Below are positions 1 to 9,366 of a stretch of DNA of 64,000 bases, piece by piece. The position numbers were made by a program, and so were the translations under genes. Numbering within the stretch: position 1 is the stretch's first letter; every line of letters begins with the position of its first letter. Origin of the DNA: a virus; the IMG/VR virus record IMGVR_UViG_3300035070_002905, positions 1 through 64,000 of that record; one strand, 5' to 3'. The notes under the pieces were generated by a model. It ran no database searches and was not told where the DNA came from. It saw nothing but the letters and a program-made list of their open reading frames with translations.

Positions 1-174
1 GTTCAGGTTCAGGCCGAGTTCATCCTAGAACAGGTAGGTAGTCTAAAGGACTGTAAAGTCTGGGCCGAAGACTACCAGGTATGCGTTCAGCGTCAAGGCT
101 CTGAACTACCGCTGGTATTCTCAATGACTACCAATCCAAAACTAGTAGTAGATCTACTACTTCCACTTCTTTAG
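1..174 (+). CDS. hypothetical protein, 5'-truncated by window edge
   Basis: Frame 1 open from base 1 to TAG 172-174; phage-like codon usage. Confidence 0.6.
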   Translation, partial: VQVQAEFILEQVGSLKDCKVWAEDYQVCVQRQGSELPLVFSMTTNPKLVVDLLLPLL

Positions 175-182
175 AGGTACTT

Positions 183-512
183 ATGAAAAAATTATTAGGT
201 TTAGCGATCAGCGCATTCGGTCTTATGGCTGCAAAGAAACTTGTAGACTCTGCGTATGTTAAGAAGATTCCTTCGGATTGTGACTATCCGATCGTCCTGG
301 CGCTTGGCGGTCCTGGCAATATCCTCGGTGTACGTGAGCATGGTACCGGCGTACTGTGCTTCGGCCTAAAGAACATCGACGCCATAGAGTACGCATTCCT
401 TACCGAGTGCGGGTTCGGTGACTCTGTAGAATGTCCGAAGGAAGGAACTCTACTTATCAACCATCCGGAAAGCGACAAGGTCGCAGCAGCAATCAACGCA
501 TTATTTGTATAA
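183..512 (+). CDS. hypothetical protein with hydrophobic N-terminus
   Basis: GAGG RBS; tightly packed. Confidence 0.7.
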   Translation: MKKLLGLAISAFGLMAAKKLVDSAYVKKIPSDCDYPIVLALGGPGNILGVREHGTGVLCFGLKNIDAIEYAFLTECGFGDSVECPKEGTLLINHPESDKVAAAINALFV

Positions 513-819
513 GGAAATCATTATGTTCACAGTCGTTCCTAAGAGTCAAGCGGTACGTATTCACCAAGAGCGTAACCGTAACAAGATCCGTAAGCTGATG
601 CTGGTCATCGCTACTAAGCAGCCTACGTTCTTTGAGTTCTATCTGCTAGTCGTTCCTATGGGACTCGACGAGACTCTCTGGCCGGTGTGGGCATTGAAAT
701 CTATCTTCGATCAGGCTCAGGGTCAGGTCGTTAATCCTAGCCAGCTGGACATCGAAGATTACACTGGTACCGTTACCGCCTCGTCTGAGGCACATTATTA
801 TGCAAGGGGATATCTATGA
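505..819 (+). CDS. hypothetical protein (start probably ATG 523)
   Basis: AAGGA RBS before 523. Confidence 0.65.
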   Translation: MYKEIIMFTVVPKSQAVRIHQERNRNKIRKLMLVIATKQPTFFEFYLLVVPMGLDETLWPVWALKSIFDQAQGQVVNPSQLDIEDYTGTVTASSEAHYYARGYL

Positions 820-1181
820 GTCAACTTATGATAGGCAAATGTTACTTCTACTTCAGCGCGTTAATCTGCATTACAGATGTCGATGCTGACTTCGTCCACT
901 ATGTCCATGCAGATACTGCAGGTCAGCCGGACTTTAATCGTCCAGGTCGTGCGTGTATCGTACGCTTCCTGGATAACAGCAAGATCTACCACGTTCCTGG
1001 CGTGAGCTTCTGGCATAAAGCCATGGCTCGCATCCACGAACTTCGTGAAGCTATGGGCTTCTGCGTACATCATTACGAAGATGAACTGGAGAAGCATACA
1101 GAGCTTGCAGGCTTTATTAGTGGCGGTGAGATCCTTCAGCGCTGCGTTCGTTGCAACAAGGTAAACCATGTTAAGTACTGA
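816..1181 (+). CDS. hypothetical protein
   Basis: ATGA overlap with upstream gene. Confidence 0.65.
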   Translation: MSQLMIGKCYFYFSALICITDVDADFVHYVHADTAGQPDFNRPGRACIVRFLDNSKIYHVPGVSFWHKAMARIHELREAMGFCVHHYEDELEKHTELAGFISGGEILQRCVRCNKVNHVKY

Positions 1182-1377
1182 TTGGTATAAACCGGAGGGC
1201 GGCCTAGATGCCGCTCTACTTCAATTCCTACGTAAAGATCATCGGCTAGCAGACCCGTTGATCACTAAGATCATCGTCCACTCGATTCACATCGCTAGGC
1301 CCTCTACCCTCGAAGTAGAATACTGGCGCACTCTAGCAGGCAACACTCAAGTAAACTTCGCTACTATCACTATCTAG
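1168..1377 (+). CDS. hypothetical protein
   Basis: Overlapping packed ORF. Confidence 0.55.
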   Translation: MLSTDWYKPEGGLDAALLQFLRKDHRLADPLITKIIVHSIHIARPSTLEVEYWRTLAGNTQVNFATITI

Positions 1378-1386
1378 GAGATACAC

Positions 1387-2892
1387 ATGTTCAAACCTAA
1401 AGCTGACTTCGATAAATTCCTAATGGAACTACGCTCTAACATCCCTGCCGATCAGCCTATCTTCACTACGGCCGGCGATCACTACGACGTATACCTTGCG
1501 TCTTACCCGCTGCTTGATCGTCAAGAGTACACCTGTAACTGCTGTAAGTCATTCATCCGTAAGTATGCAGGCCTGGTTACAATCGACGAGCAAGGCGCCG
1601 TTACTCCGGTACTATGGCAACTCGGTAAAGACTACGGTTACTTCAACTCGGTAGTCGTAGCGATGAACCATGCAGTACGTCGCTCTGCGGTAAACGGAGT
1701 ATTCCTAACCCGTGATTCGGTACTGGGTACACCTACCGCCGGCGGCTGGTCTCACCTAGCGGTTACTGCTCCTGCAGGCGCTTCAATCGGTGGCTACGAT
1801 CCTGTGAACCAGGTGATCGCCGAGAAGACCGAGAACTACGGTATGGTTAGCCGTGCACTCGATAAGTTCAGCGAAGAGGTAATCCAGCAGGGTTACCAGC
1901 TACTGAATACCGGCTTCCTGCCTCGTTCAGAGATCGGTCTGGGTCCCGTGAAGTTCCTAGCGGATCTTAAAGAGGCCATCAAGTGTGGTAACCGTATGAA
2001 CCTCATCTGGAAGGCGGTAGCGACTGCTCCGAATGGCTTCTGCCATATCAACAGCGGCATGACCGGTTTCCTAATGGAGACGATCGAAGAAGATAGCAAT
2101 GCGGAAGTCGTTAAGCGTAAGTGGTCAGAGAAGGTCGGCGGTCTGGCGTACCAGCGTCCTACTACCGCTCCTGCAGCTCAGAACATTGCGCGCGGCGAGA
2201 AGATCATCGAGCAGGCAGGCTACAAGCCTTCTCTACGTCGTCGTCATGCCACTATGGATGACCTGCGTTTGATCTGGGCGCCTAAGGCAGAAGAGCAATC
2301 TTCCGGCGTATTCGGCCACCTCGTACCGCGCTCTACCAAGCCGGACTTGGATCTAGGTACCCCTGCCGTCGAGATGACATTCTCGAAGTTCGCCCGCACA
2401 ATCCTACCGACTGCCGAGCAGATCCTGGTACACGTACCCGGTAAAGGTCAGTTCTCTGGCTTGACTACTGCGGTAGATCCTACGGCGCCAGGTCTATTCC
2501 AGTGGAATAACCCGGTATGTTGGTACCTGTACAGCGGCGGCTCTACGGCTAACCGTTGGAACCTTACTGCAGCCAGCTGGGTTGAAGTAACCGGTATCAC
2601 TCCGCAGCCTAACATGTGGGAGAACGAGTCGCCTAACACCGGCGAAGCTATCTTCTTCCTATTGAAGGGTTGTTACGATACTCACGATGCCAGCCTCTGT
2701 CTATTCCCTAGCACACTGAAAGGTGATCTGCACGAGATCCGTAAGACGATCGAAGCGTTCTCCAATGCCGGTAAGCTAGAAGGTCGTGGTCCAGGTAATG
2801 CTGCAGGTCTGCGTCTACGCGATAACTCGATCACCGTGAAGGTTATCTGCAAGGGCGTCACTACTAAATACATTCTAGATCGTCTGGAGTAA
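1387..2892 (+). CDS. hypothetical protein, 501 aa, CxCC motif
   Basis: Long ORF; AGGAG RBS; YTCNCCKSFIR motif. Confidence 0.85.
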   Translation: MFKPKADFDKFLMELRSNIPADQPIFTTAGDHYDVYLASYPLLDRQEYTCNCCKSFIRKYAGLVTIDEQGAVTPVLWQLGKDYGYFNSVVVAMNHAVRRSAVNGVFLTRDSVLGTPTAGGWSHLAVTAPAGASIGGYDPVNQVIAEKTENYGMVSRALDKFSEEVIQQGYQLLNTGFLPRSEIGLGPVKFLADLKEAIKCGNRMNLIWKAVATAPNGFCHINSGMTGFLMETIEEDSNAEVVKRKWSEKVGGLAYQRPTTAPAAQNIARGEKIIEQAGYKPSLRRRHATMDDLRLIWAPKAEEQSSGVFGHLVPRSTKPDLDLGTPAVEMTFSKFARTILPTAEQILVHVPGKGQFSGLTTAVDPTAPGLFQWNNPVCWYLYSGGSTANRWNLTAASWVEVTGITPQPNMWENESPNTGEAIFFLLKGCYDTHDASLCLFPSTLKGDLHEIRKTIEAFSNAGKLEGRGPGNAAGLRLRDNSITVKVICKGVTTKYILDRLE

Positions 2893-2894
2893 CA

Positions 2895-3770
2895 ATGAAA
2901 AAACTTCTAGCTCTTTGCCTGTTGCTGACAGGTTGTACAAGCCCTCAGACAGAGAGCTGGAAAGAGGAGGCGGCTTCGGCCGCTTCTTGTCCTGCACCTG
3001 TCACCGTCGAGGTTCCCGTCGAGAAGATCGTCGAGGTCCCTGTTGAAAAAATCGTAAAGGTTCCCGTCGAGAAGATCGTCGAGGTTCCCGTGGAGAAAAT
3101 CGTCTATGTTACCAAAACCGAAACAGCCCAGTGTCCCAGCCCCAAGCCTGCCCCGAGCCCTAGTCCTAAAAAGCCTAAAGCCCCGAAGCCTAAAGCACCG
3201 AGCGAACAGCCATCCATCAAGGCACCAAAGCAGTACAACCACCCGCTAGACGATTCGGATAAGATGGTGTTCATGATGGGCACCGACGACTACGGACGCT
3301 ACCTGTACGGCGAAGGGGCTATCGCTCCTGGAACGTACAAGAAATTCCTTAAGTATGTAGCGTACTATAAAGAGCAGGGTACTCCTGTAAGCCGCTTAAT
3401 GATGAACAGCCCGGGCGGTTCTATGCGAGAGGGTATTCTAATCGGAGAGTACTTACACGAGAACAACTGGACTACCGATAGCGATAAGCATATGAGCTGC
3501 TATTCTTCATGTGGGATTATCTACATGGGGGGCGTTAAGAAACGCATGCAGTCTGGAGCTCAGGTAGGATTCCACCGTCCGTATATGCCGGGACAGGCAG
3601 ATACTCCGGCGTTCATCAAAGATATGTACCATACGTATAAGCCCTATTGGGAGTACGTAAATGGCTCGCCGTTATTGTACGATGAGTTCATGACTAAATA
3701 CGACCGTGATATGATGCTAGTTATCATGGCGGAAACTGCAAGACAATTTATTAATGTTGAGGTATATTAA
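2895..3770 (+). CDS. lipoprotein with VEVPVEKI repeats and C-terminal ClpP/crotonase-like domain
   Basis: Lipobox LTGC; 4x VEVPVEKI; Pro/Lys linker; NSPGG, CYSSC and VGFH motifs. Confidence 0.7.
   Translation: MKKLLALCLLLTGCTSPQTESWKEEAASAASCPAPVTVEVPVEKIVEVPVEKIVKVPVEKIVEVPVEKIVYVTKTETAQCPSPKPAPSPSPKKPKAPKPKAPSEQPSIKAPKQYNHPLDDSDKMVFMMGTDDYGRYLYGEGAIAPGTYKKFLKYVAYYKEQGTPVSRLMMNSPGGSMREGILIGEYLHENNWTTDSDKHMSCYSSCGIIYMGGVKKRMQSGAQVGFHRPYMPGQADTPAFIKDMYHTYKPYWEYVNGSPLLYDEFMTKYDRDMMLVIMAETARQFINVEVY
3006..3104 (+). repeat. four 24-nt tandem repeats encoding VEVPVEKI
   Basis: gtcgaggttcccgtcgagaagatc and variants. Confidence 0.9.
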
Positions 3771-5095
3771 TGCGTAATAAACTTAAAGAATTTCTAGGGA
3801 TTACTCTCCCGGAACATCCAATGATGTGGATCACATTGTTGGTAATGGGTGCTCTAGTAGTATCCTTTAACGTGATGGGGTATGATATCCTATTCGCTGC
3901 AGACCCGTGGTTCGGCATTGCCAGCCCGTTCGGAATCATGCTAGGCACCTGTGAGGTAGCCGTGCTCCTCTGGATGTCCTCGGTGATCAGCGAATGGTAT
4001 AAGTCCAGTCGCATCCTAAAGGTCCTAACCATTCCAGTATTCCTGGCGTTCTCCTTCCTATGCTACTCGGGTATTAACAGCTACCTGACGACTCTGGCTA
4101 CCGCCGAGATTCAGAAGGTAGAAGAAGTTAAGCTGCAGACCGGTCATAACGAAGAGTACATGATCAAGCTTACCGATGAGAACCTAGATCTATCTACTAA
4201 GCTAGACGAGGCTCGTACCGTACGTGATCGTCTAGATGCGTCTATCGCTGCAGCCAACGGTAGCATCAAAGACTTAGACTTCAAGATCAGCGAGCGTATG
4301 CTGAAGGTCGCTAAGTGTGACGCAGTAGCCGACTGTCGACGTGCCGTTAAGGGTTTTGCAGATCAGAAGGTACCGTACCAGAAGAGCGTCTCTAATATGA
4401 ACGCCGATCGAGAGCTAGTGAATACTCGTATCGTTCGCATGGAGAAGCAACTTAACGAGAACGCCGACGAGATCCGTACGCTTACTAAGAAGTCGGTAGT
4501 TCAGCTAAACGATCAGGCCGGCACCGAGTCCAACTTCACGATGAAGAAAGATTCATACGAGAAGATCGTTCTATCGGTTACCGGTCTATTCGGCTGGGTT
4601 CCAGAGAATCCCTTCCAGGTATTCATTGGATTCGTCTCGGCGTTGATCTACCCGATCTACTTCTTCCTGAACCTATTCCTAAGCCTAAACAGCGAAGGTA
4701 ATCAAGAAGTACGTCGTAAGCGTCAGTCCGATAAGGAAGCTCGTCTAGGTCTATTCCAAGAGCTGCGTCTCGACCTGGAACACCATAAGCTTAATCAGTA
4801 CCGTAAGGCCGCTAAGTACTTCCGAGTATGGGCTGCCCGTCGTACTAAGATTAAGTCTGTCGAGAAGCTGGTAGAAGTAGAAGTACCTACAGATACCATC
4901 GTAGAGAAGCGTGTAGAGGTCCCTGTTGAAGTCATTAAGATTCAGAAGGTAACCGAGCAGGTAGTTATTAAAGAGCCTGAGGTGATCATCCACGAACGTC
5001 TGGTACCTGTACCGGAGAATGCATCTGCAGCTGAACTTAAGGAGTTACTGAATGAAGAGCCTCGATCTGACGCAACTCAATCAGAGCAATCGTAA
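3770..5095 (+). CDS. multi-pass membrane protein with long coiled coil and VEVPVE-type C-terminal repeats
   Basis: About 3 N-terminal TM segments, heptad region, further TM, VEVEVP/VEVPVEV motifs. Confidence 0.75.
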   Translation: MRNKLKEFLGITLPEHPMMWITLLVMGALVVSFNVMGYDILFAADPWFGIASPFGIMLGTCEVAVLLWMSSVISEWYKSSRILKVLTIPVFLAFSFLCYSGINSYLTTLATAEIQKVEEVKLQTGHNEEYMIKLTDENLDLSTKLDEARTVRDRLDASIAAANGSIKDLDFKISERMLKVAKCDAVADCRRAVKGFADQKVPYQKSVSNMNADRELVNTRIVRMEKQLNENADEIRTLTKKSVVQLNDQAGTESNFTMKKDSYEKIVLSVTGLFGWVPENPFQVFIGFVSALIYPIYFFLNLFLSLNSEGNQEVRRKRQSDKEARLGLFQELRLDLEHHKLNQYRKAAKYFRVWAARRTKIKSVEKLVEVEVPTDTIVEKRVEVPVEVIKIQKVTEQVVIKEPEVIIHERLVPVPENASAAELKELLNEEPRSDATQSEQS

Positions 5096-5462
5096 GACGG
5101 CACTCGAAAAGGCTTCTGCACGTGATCGTCAGGAGTCTAACCGAGAGGTGCGCCATGACCTCGTCCAGTACAAGGCCCAGCGTGCCACTACAATCGATAA
5201 GGATAAGCGCCTACTGAAGCGTGTACTCCTTACGATTGGCTGTCTGTTTATCGCCGGATGTGCCGCACTAGCACTGCTATACGGATACATCCACATTACC
5301 ACTACGCCGATCATTGAAGAGGTTCCCGTGGAAGTCGTCCCTGAAGAATGCTCTCAGGTACGTCGTAACGGAAAGATCTACATGAACTGCGATGGCGTTA
5401 AGGTCGATGGGGTTACCACCCTCGGCCCTAACGTCGATAACGTCCCGGAACTATTGGAGTAA
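5052..5462 (+). CDS. single-TM membrane protein
   Basis: One TM segment, EEVPVEVVP motif, two Cys. Confidence 0.7.
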   Translation: MKSLDLTQLNQSNRKTALEKASARDRQESNREVRHDLVQYKAQRATTIDKDKRLLKRVLLTIGCLFIAGCAALALLYGYIHITTTPIIEEVPVEVVPEECSQVRRNGKIYMNCDGVKVDGVTTLGPNVDNVPELLE

Positions 5463-5465
5463 TTT

Positions 5466-5897
5466 ATGAAAGGCTTTATGAGAAACTCGTTTAACGATCA
5501 AGGTCGCACCGACCGTTCTTACTACTGGCACATTCAGAGTCAGTTCTTGATAATCGGCATGCTACTACTCATGTCATCCTTCGTAGTGGCTGCCAGCTTC
5601 TACGTCCAGGTTACCGATGTAGTACCGTACATCGAGCAGGCCATGTGGTTCCTACGTGGAGTAGTCGCCCTAGGGATTCTAGGCTGGATCGCTACGGCGC
5701 CCGCCCTGATCACTCTTACAGTTCGACGTGCCCGGGACTCGGGTATTAACATCACCTACGCATACATCCTAGGTATCCTGGATGCCCTTAGTATTCTACT
5801 GGGTCCTGTCTGGCTGATCGTCCTACTGCTCAAACTCTTGACTATGACGCATAAGTCTAAGGTCGAGCCTAAACAACTTCCTATACTAGCGGAGTAA
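5466..5897 (+). CDS. DUF805-like inner membrane protein
   Basis: GRTDRSYYW and LTVRRARDSG motifs; 3-4 TM segments. Confidence 0.7.
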   Translation: MKGFMRNSFNDQGRTDRSYYWHIQSQFLIIGMLLLMSSFVVAASFYVQVTDVVPYIEQAMWFLRGVVALGILGWIATAPALITLTVRRARDSGINITYAYILGILDALSILLGPVWLIVLLLKLLTMTHKSKVEPKQLPILAE

Positions 5898-5900
5898 CTT

Positions 5901-6284
5901 ATGTGGAAATATCTACTTGCACTCGTCCTGAGCTGCGCCTTCGTGACTCATGCAAATGCACACAGTCATTCGCCGACATCTTTCGGTGGTCCTGACAATC
6001 CTCTGGATGCCGTTACGGTAACTGGCGTTCAGACCGTTACGATTACCGTAGGGAACCTCAACTCGTTCCCTCAGTCATACGAGATCTATGTCGACGACGA
6101 ACTAGTAGGTACTACTTCTGAAGTAGCGCCTAACCTGTTCCGTAAGCTGCCAATTCCTGTCAAACTAAGTAAGCCGAATACACCGGAGATTCATAAGGTG
6201 TGTTCTATTAGCGTCGCTAAAGAAGGCGACATGTTCCGTTCTAAGATTTGTACTGAAGCCAAATTATACTGGAGTAAGAAATGA
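5901..6284 (+). CDS. secreted Ig-like beta-sandwich protein (possible pilus chaperone-like)
   Basis: Signal peptide ending ANA; beta-strand pattern; two Cys near C-terminus. Confidence 0.55.
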   Translation: MWKYLLALVLSCAFVTHANAHSHSPTSFGGPDNPLDAVTVTGVQTVTITVGNLNSFPQSYEIYVDDELVGTTSEVAPNLFRKLPIPVKLSKPNTPEIHKVCSISVAKEGDMFRSKICTEAKLYWSKK

Positions 6285-6649
6285 AAAAGATTATCATAGC
6301 AATCCTAGCAGTCTTCACGTTCGCTGCATGTCAACCTGCTGTAGCAGACACAATCCGCACCGCCGATGGCATTAGCTGTTCGTTCGATGCCGACGACTCT
6401 CCTTACGAAGTCGAAACGTATATCGAAAGCGGTAGTGACGATTACAACAATAACTATAACGATGGGTATAGCAATACCGATCGTGATGATCATAAGGTCG
6501 GAGTTAAGCTAACGTACAAGTTCGGCGGCCCTAAGCGTCTGAATTGTGACACGTTATATCAATTAGAGCTCCGTGACAAGAGCGCTAAAGTTAAGCAGCT
6601 AGAAGCAAAGATTAAGATGCTTGAAGCTGCACAAGATATTAAATGGTGA
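6281..6649 (+). CDS. secreted protein with C-terminal coiled coil
   Basis: Signal peptide; two Cys in the mature part (DGISCS, RLNCDTLYQLEL); C-terminal helix. Confidence 0.6.
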   Translation: MKKIIIAILAVFTFAACQPAVADTIRTADGISCSFDADDSPYEVETYIESGSDDYNNNYNDGYSNTDRDDHKVGVKLTYKFGGPKRLNCDTLYQLELRDKSAKVKQLEAKIKMLEAAQDIKW

Positions 6650-6805
6650 TCCTGTGGAATTAGAAACTGTAAAAACCATCTGTGAAATCCTGAACTACGC
6701 TGCAGCATTTGCCGGTCTGGCTCTGTTCGTAGTTCTCATGGGCAAGGCCGATGAAGCCCTGCATAGCAACAACGGTACTATTAATTAAACATCCTACGCA
6801 GAACT

Positions 6806-6823
6806 TGTTATAAGTAATGTGTA
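6806..6823 (+). promoter_or_regulatory. putative promoter motif A (TGTTATAAGTAATRTGTA)
   Basis: One of five near-identical copies, each just upstream of an RBS. Confidence 0.7.
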
Positions 6824-6862
6824 CAGAGGAATACTCCTCACCCTAACGATCTGGAGATCAAC

Positions 6863-7339
6863 ATGAAAAAATCTATCCTAGCTCTACTTGCTGTTTCTGC
6901 ACTTTCTACTTCTGCTTTCGCTGCTGGTATTAACAAAGGTGACTCTGTCTCTGACGACCTGCGCTTCCAGGAAAAGGTAGTTCGTGTTTGCGGTATCAAG
7001 TCAGCAAGCGATGTAGGCACAATCAAGTTCGGTAATGAAAACGGTACTCAAGAAGCTGCCGCTAAGTTCATCGTAGTTGATAATGGTGCTCATAAGTCTG
7101 ATGGCCAGACTGAAATCTCTATCAATACAAAGCGTATGTCAGAGAACTTAGAGCTGGCAGGTGCGACTGTGAAGTACGCAGTGAACAACATCTACGATCC
7201 GCGTGATAGCATTAACCACGCTCCTGTTTCAGTAGGTGTTACGCAAGAAGTATTCGCAACTGTTGACTCTGATAAAACCCTAGTGAATACTGGCGTTGCA
7301 CGAATCAAAGCAGTTGTAGAAGTACATTGCGGTAACTAA
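6863..7339 (+). CDS. secreted fimbrial-subunit-like protein 1
   Basis: Signal peptide; LRFQEKVVRVCGI N-terminal strand; C-terminal VEVHCGN. Confidence 0.6.
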   Translation: MKKSILALLAVSALSTSAFAAGINKGDSVSDDLRFQEKVVRVCGIKSASDVGTIKFGNENGTQEAAAKFIVVDNGAHKSDGQTEISINTKRMSENLELAGATVKYAVNNIYDPRDSINHAPVSVGVTQEVFATVDSDKTLVNTGVARIKAVVEVHCGN

Positions 7340-7404
7340 GAACCTTGCAAGGGGCGTAGAGATGCGCCCAACTTTAACTTAAATTTAATGATCTGGAGAT
7401 CAAT

Positions 7405-7824
7405 ATGAAAAAGACTATCCTAGCTGTAATCCTTGCTGCAACTTCATTCGGTTCTTTCGCTGCTACTTCTGACAATCTTACATTTACTGCTACCGTTCCT
7501 GCGACGTGTGGCATTGCGATTACCGACGGTGCAGGAACTCTACTCTTTAAGGATGATACCGGTCCTACGGATACAGAGTTCACCCTATCAAGTAATGTAG
7601 CCGACGGTAGAATTAATGTAACGCCTTCTATCACCACGAAAGGTGGTATCGATAAAGACGACGTTGCGTTATCCGTAGCAGGAGGTGGAGTTCTAACTGA
7701 TAGCTCTACTGTCCACCTCGGTGCCGGTGAGTATAAAGCTCGAGCTAGCGTAAATACCTCTAAGAGTAGCGTGGCTGCCGGTGTGGTAGAAGCTGTAGTA
7801 ACTCTAGAAGTAAGCTGTAAATAA
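7405..7824 (+). CDS. secreted fimbrial-subunit-like protein 2
   Basis: Signal peptide; LTFTATVPATCGI...GTLLF; C-terminal VTLEVSCK. Confidence 0.65.
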   Translation: MKKTILAVILAATSFGSFAATSDNLTFTATVPATCGIAITDGAGTLLFKDDTGPTDTEFTLSSNVADGRINVTPSITTKGGIDKDDVALSVAGGGVLTDSSTVHLGAGEYKARASVNTSKSSVAAGVVEAVVTLEVSCK

Positions 7825-7831
7825 GTAATAT

Positions 7832-7884
7832 CCCCGTAGAACCCTAACCCGGTTCTACGGGGCCTTCTTTATTCTTTTTCTTTT
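7832..7884 (+). terminator. rho-independent terminator
   Basis: 12-bp stem CCCCGTAGAACC/GGTTCTACGGGG followed by T-rich tract. Confidence 0.7.
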
Positions 7885-7895
7885 CGGAGATCCAA

Positions 7896-8366
7896 ATGAA
7901 AAAACTAATTCTAGCTACAATCCTAGCTGCGACTTCACTCACTTCTGTTGCAGCAACTGACTCTAAGGGCCTATCCTTCAGCCATGTAGTCGACCCTACT
8001 TGCAGTATAGTCATTGAAAATTCTACTGGCTCTATCGAGTTTAACGACTCGGAAGTAAGAGAAGATACCATGGCTTGGGTGAAAGTACGTAGTAATGTAT
8101 CTAGTCACCTTGTTACTGTAAACATGTCAGAGGGGACTGCGTCAAGTAGTCTACAGGGGATGCCGTTCGACTACAAATTTTCCGGATCCTCTCAGGATAT
8201 AGGTAACGGTGTATACGTGGATGCGGGGGAAGATTTACAGGTTCCTATTAATCAGTATACTGGAGAGACTAGCTTGTGGGTAGCAGCATCAGTTAAAGCA
8301 GACTCGGCCTCTCTAGGTTCTGGTACTCACACTATTACCTCGACAATCACTGCAAACTGTAACTAG
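7896..8366 (+). CDS. secreted fimbrial-subunit-like protein 3
   Basis: Signal peptide; LSFSHVVDPTCSI...GSIEF; C-terminal ITANCN. Confidence 0.6.
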   Translation: MKKLILATILAATSLTSVAATDSKGLSFSHVVDPTCSIVIENSTGSIEFNDSEVREDTMAWVKVRSNVSSHLVTVNMSEGTASSSLQGMPFDYKFSGSSQDIGNGVYVDAGEDLQVPINQYTGETSLWVAASVKADSASLGSGTHTITSTITANCN

Positions 8367-8374
8367 GAGTTCAG

Positions 8375-8602
8375 ATGAAAGGTCAAGCAAACGGAAACTG
8401 TAACGTTACCGCCTGTCAGAAGCCAGGTGCAATCTACCACAATAGCGTCATGCGTGCGTACTACTGCGAGAGCTGTGCAGTGGAGATCGAAAGATACGCC
8501 GGTGACTCGGTGCTATTCCCGAATCTAAAAGAGAAACGTCTGAAGGCACGTCAGTGCTGGTCGGACGGTCTCGAACCTACCGTGGAGCTAATCGAATGCT
8601 AA
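8375..8602 (+). CDS. small Cys-rich protein
   Basis: CNVTAC...YYCESC; AGGAG RBS. Confidence 0.65.
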   Translation: MKGQANGNCNVTACQKPGAIYHNSVMRAYYCESCAVEIERYAGDSVLFPNLKEKRLKARQCWSDGLEPTVELIEC

Positions 8603-8796
8603 TTAAGCAAAAGCCCTACGGCTTCGAAAAGAAATACCTAGCTATGAAGCATGAGCGTAACATGTGGGCTACGTTCTTCATCTTCATCTCTCTGTCGTCT
8701 ATCGGCCTTATGTTCATGCAGGGTGATCATATAGCTAATCAGGCTACTGCAATCGTCCAGCTACAGGAGCAACTAGATGAGCAGACAGGACTTTAA
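8596..8796 (+). CDS. small membrane protein (start likely MLIKQ)
   Basis: One TM segment; GGAG upstream. Confidence 0.55.
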   Translation: MLIKQKPYGFEKKYLAMKHERNMWATFFIFISLSSIGLMFMQGDHIANQATAIVQLQEQLDEQTGL

Positions 8797-9085
8797 CGAT
8801 TTCCTAAAGGGACTCACGGCATGCGTACTGATGTTCTCCCTATTCTATGGCTTCGTGTGCCTACTTAGTTACTGGAAGGGCGAAGACCGTAAGGAGGAAT
8901 ACTGTGGTGAGCTGTATGAAGGCCGCCATATCTATGCCCGTGTCACTAAGGAAGTCTTCCTGGAGCACACCGTGGAAGACGGAGATTCACTCGGAGAGAA
9001 GGCTGCTATTAAAGGCTGGAACTCTAAAACATGTGAGCAGTACAACTCTGCTCGCAAAAACTTATCTGTCAAGCTGAGGGATTAA
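8777..9085 (+). CDS. membrane-anchored hypothetical protein
   Basis: N-terminal TM; AGGAG RBS. Confidence 0.6.
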   Translation: MSRQDFNDFLKGLTACVLMFSLFYGFVCLLSYWKGEDRKEEYCGELYEGRHIYARVTKEVFLEHTVEDGDSLGEKAAIKGWNSKTCEQYNSARKNLSVKLRD

Positions 9086-9366
9086 TGGAAAAGCTAACCT
9101 TTGTATCTGTGGAATTCCAATCGCCACTCTCTAATATTATCGATGATGATTCCGCCTTGGATGAACTGTTCGAGTTAGATGGTGGCAGCTTCACTTATTC
9201 TTGTGAAGTAGTAGATGAGATTCACCGCCACTTCATTATGGCTAGCTATGAAGGTGCGCACCAGCGTAACTTCGTAGAGGAACTAGCTAAAATTCTGACG
9301 CTGTTACGTGGATGGTCTGCGTTCGGCGATGTTGTATCTATTCATGTGGAGAAATTAAATGATTAA
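9085..9366 (+). CDS. hypothetical protein
   Basis: TAATG coupling. Confidence 0.6.
   Translation: MEKLTFVSVEFQSPLSNIIDDDSALDELFELDGGSFTYSCEVVDEIHRHFIMASYEGAHQRNFVEELAKILTLLRGWSAFGDVVSIHVEKLND

Noticed and set aside
7816-7831. Sixth copy of promoter motif A (TGTAAATAAGTAATAT)
   Set aside because: Core is altered, overlaps a stop codon and is followed directly by a terminator
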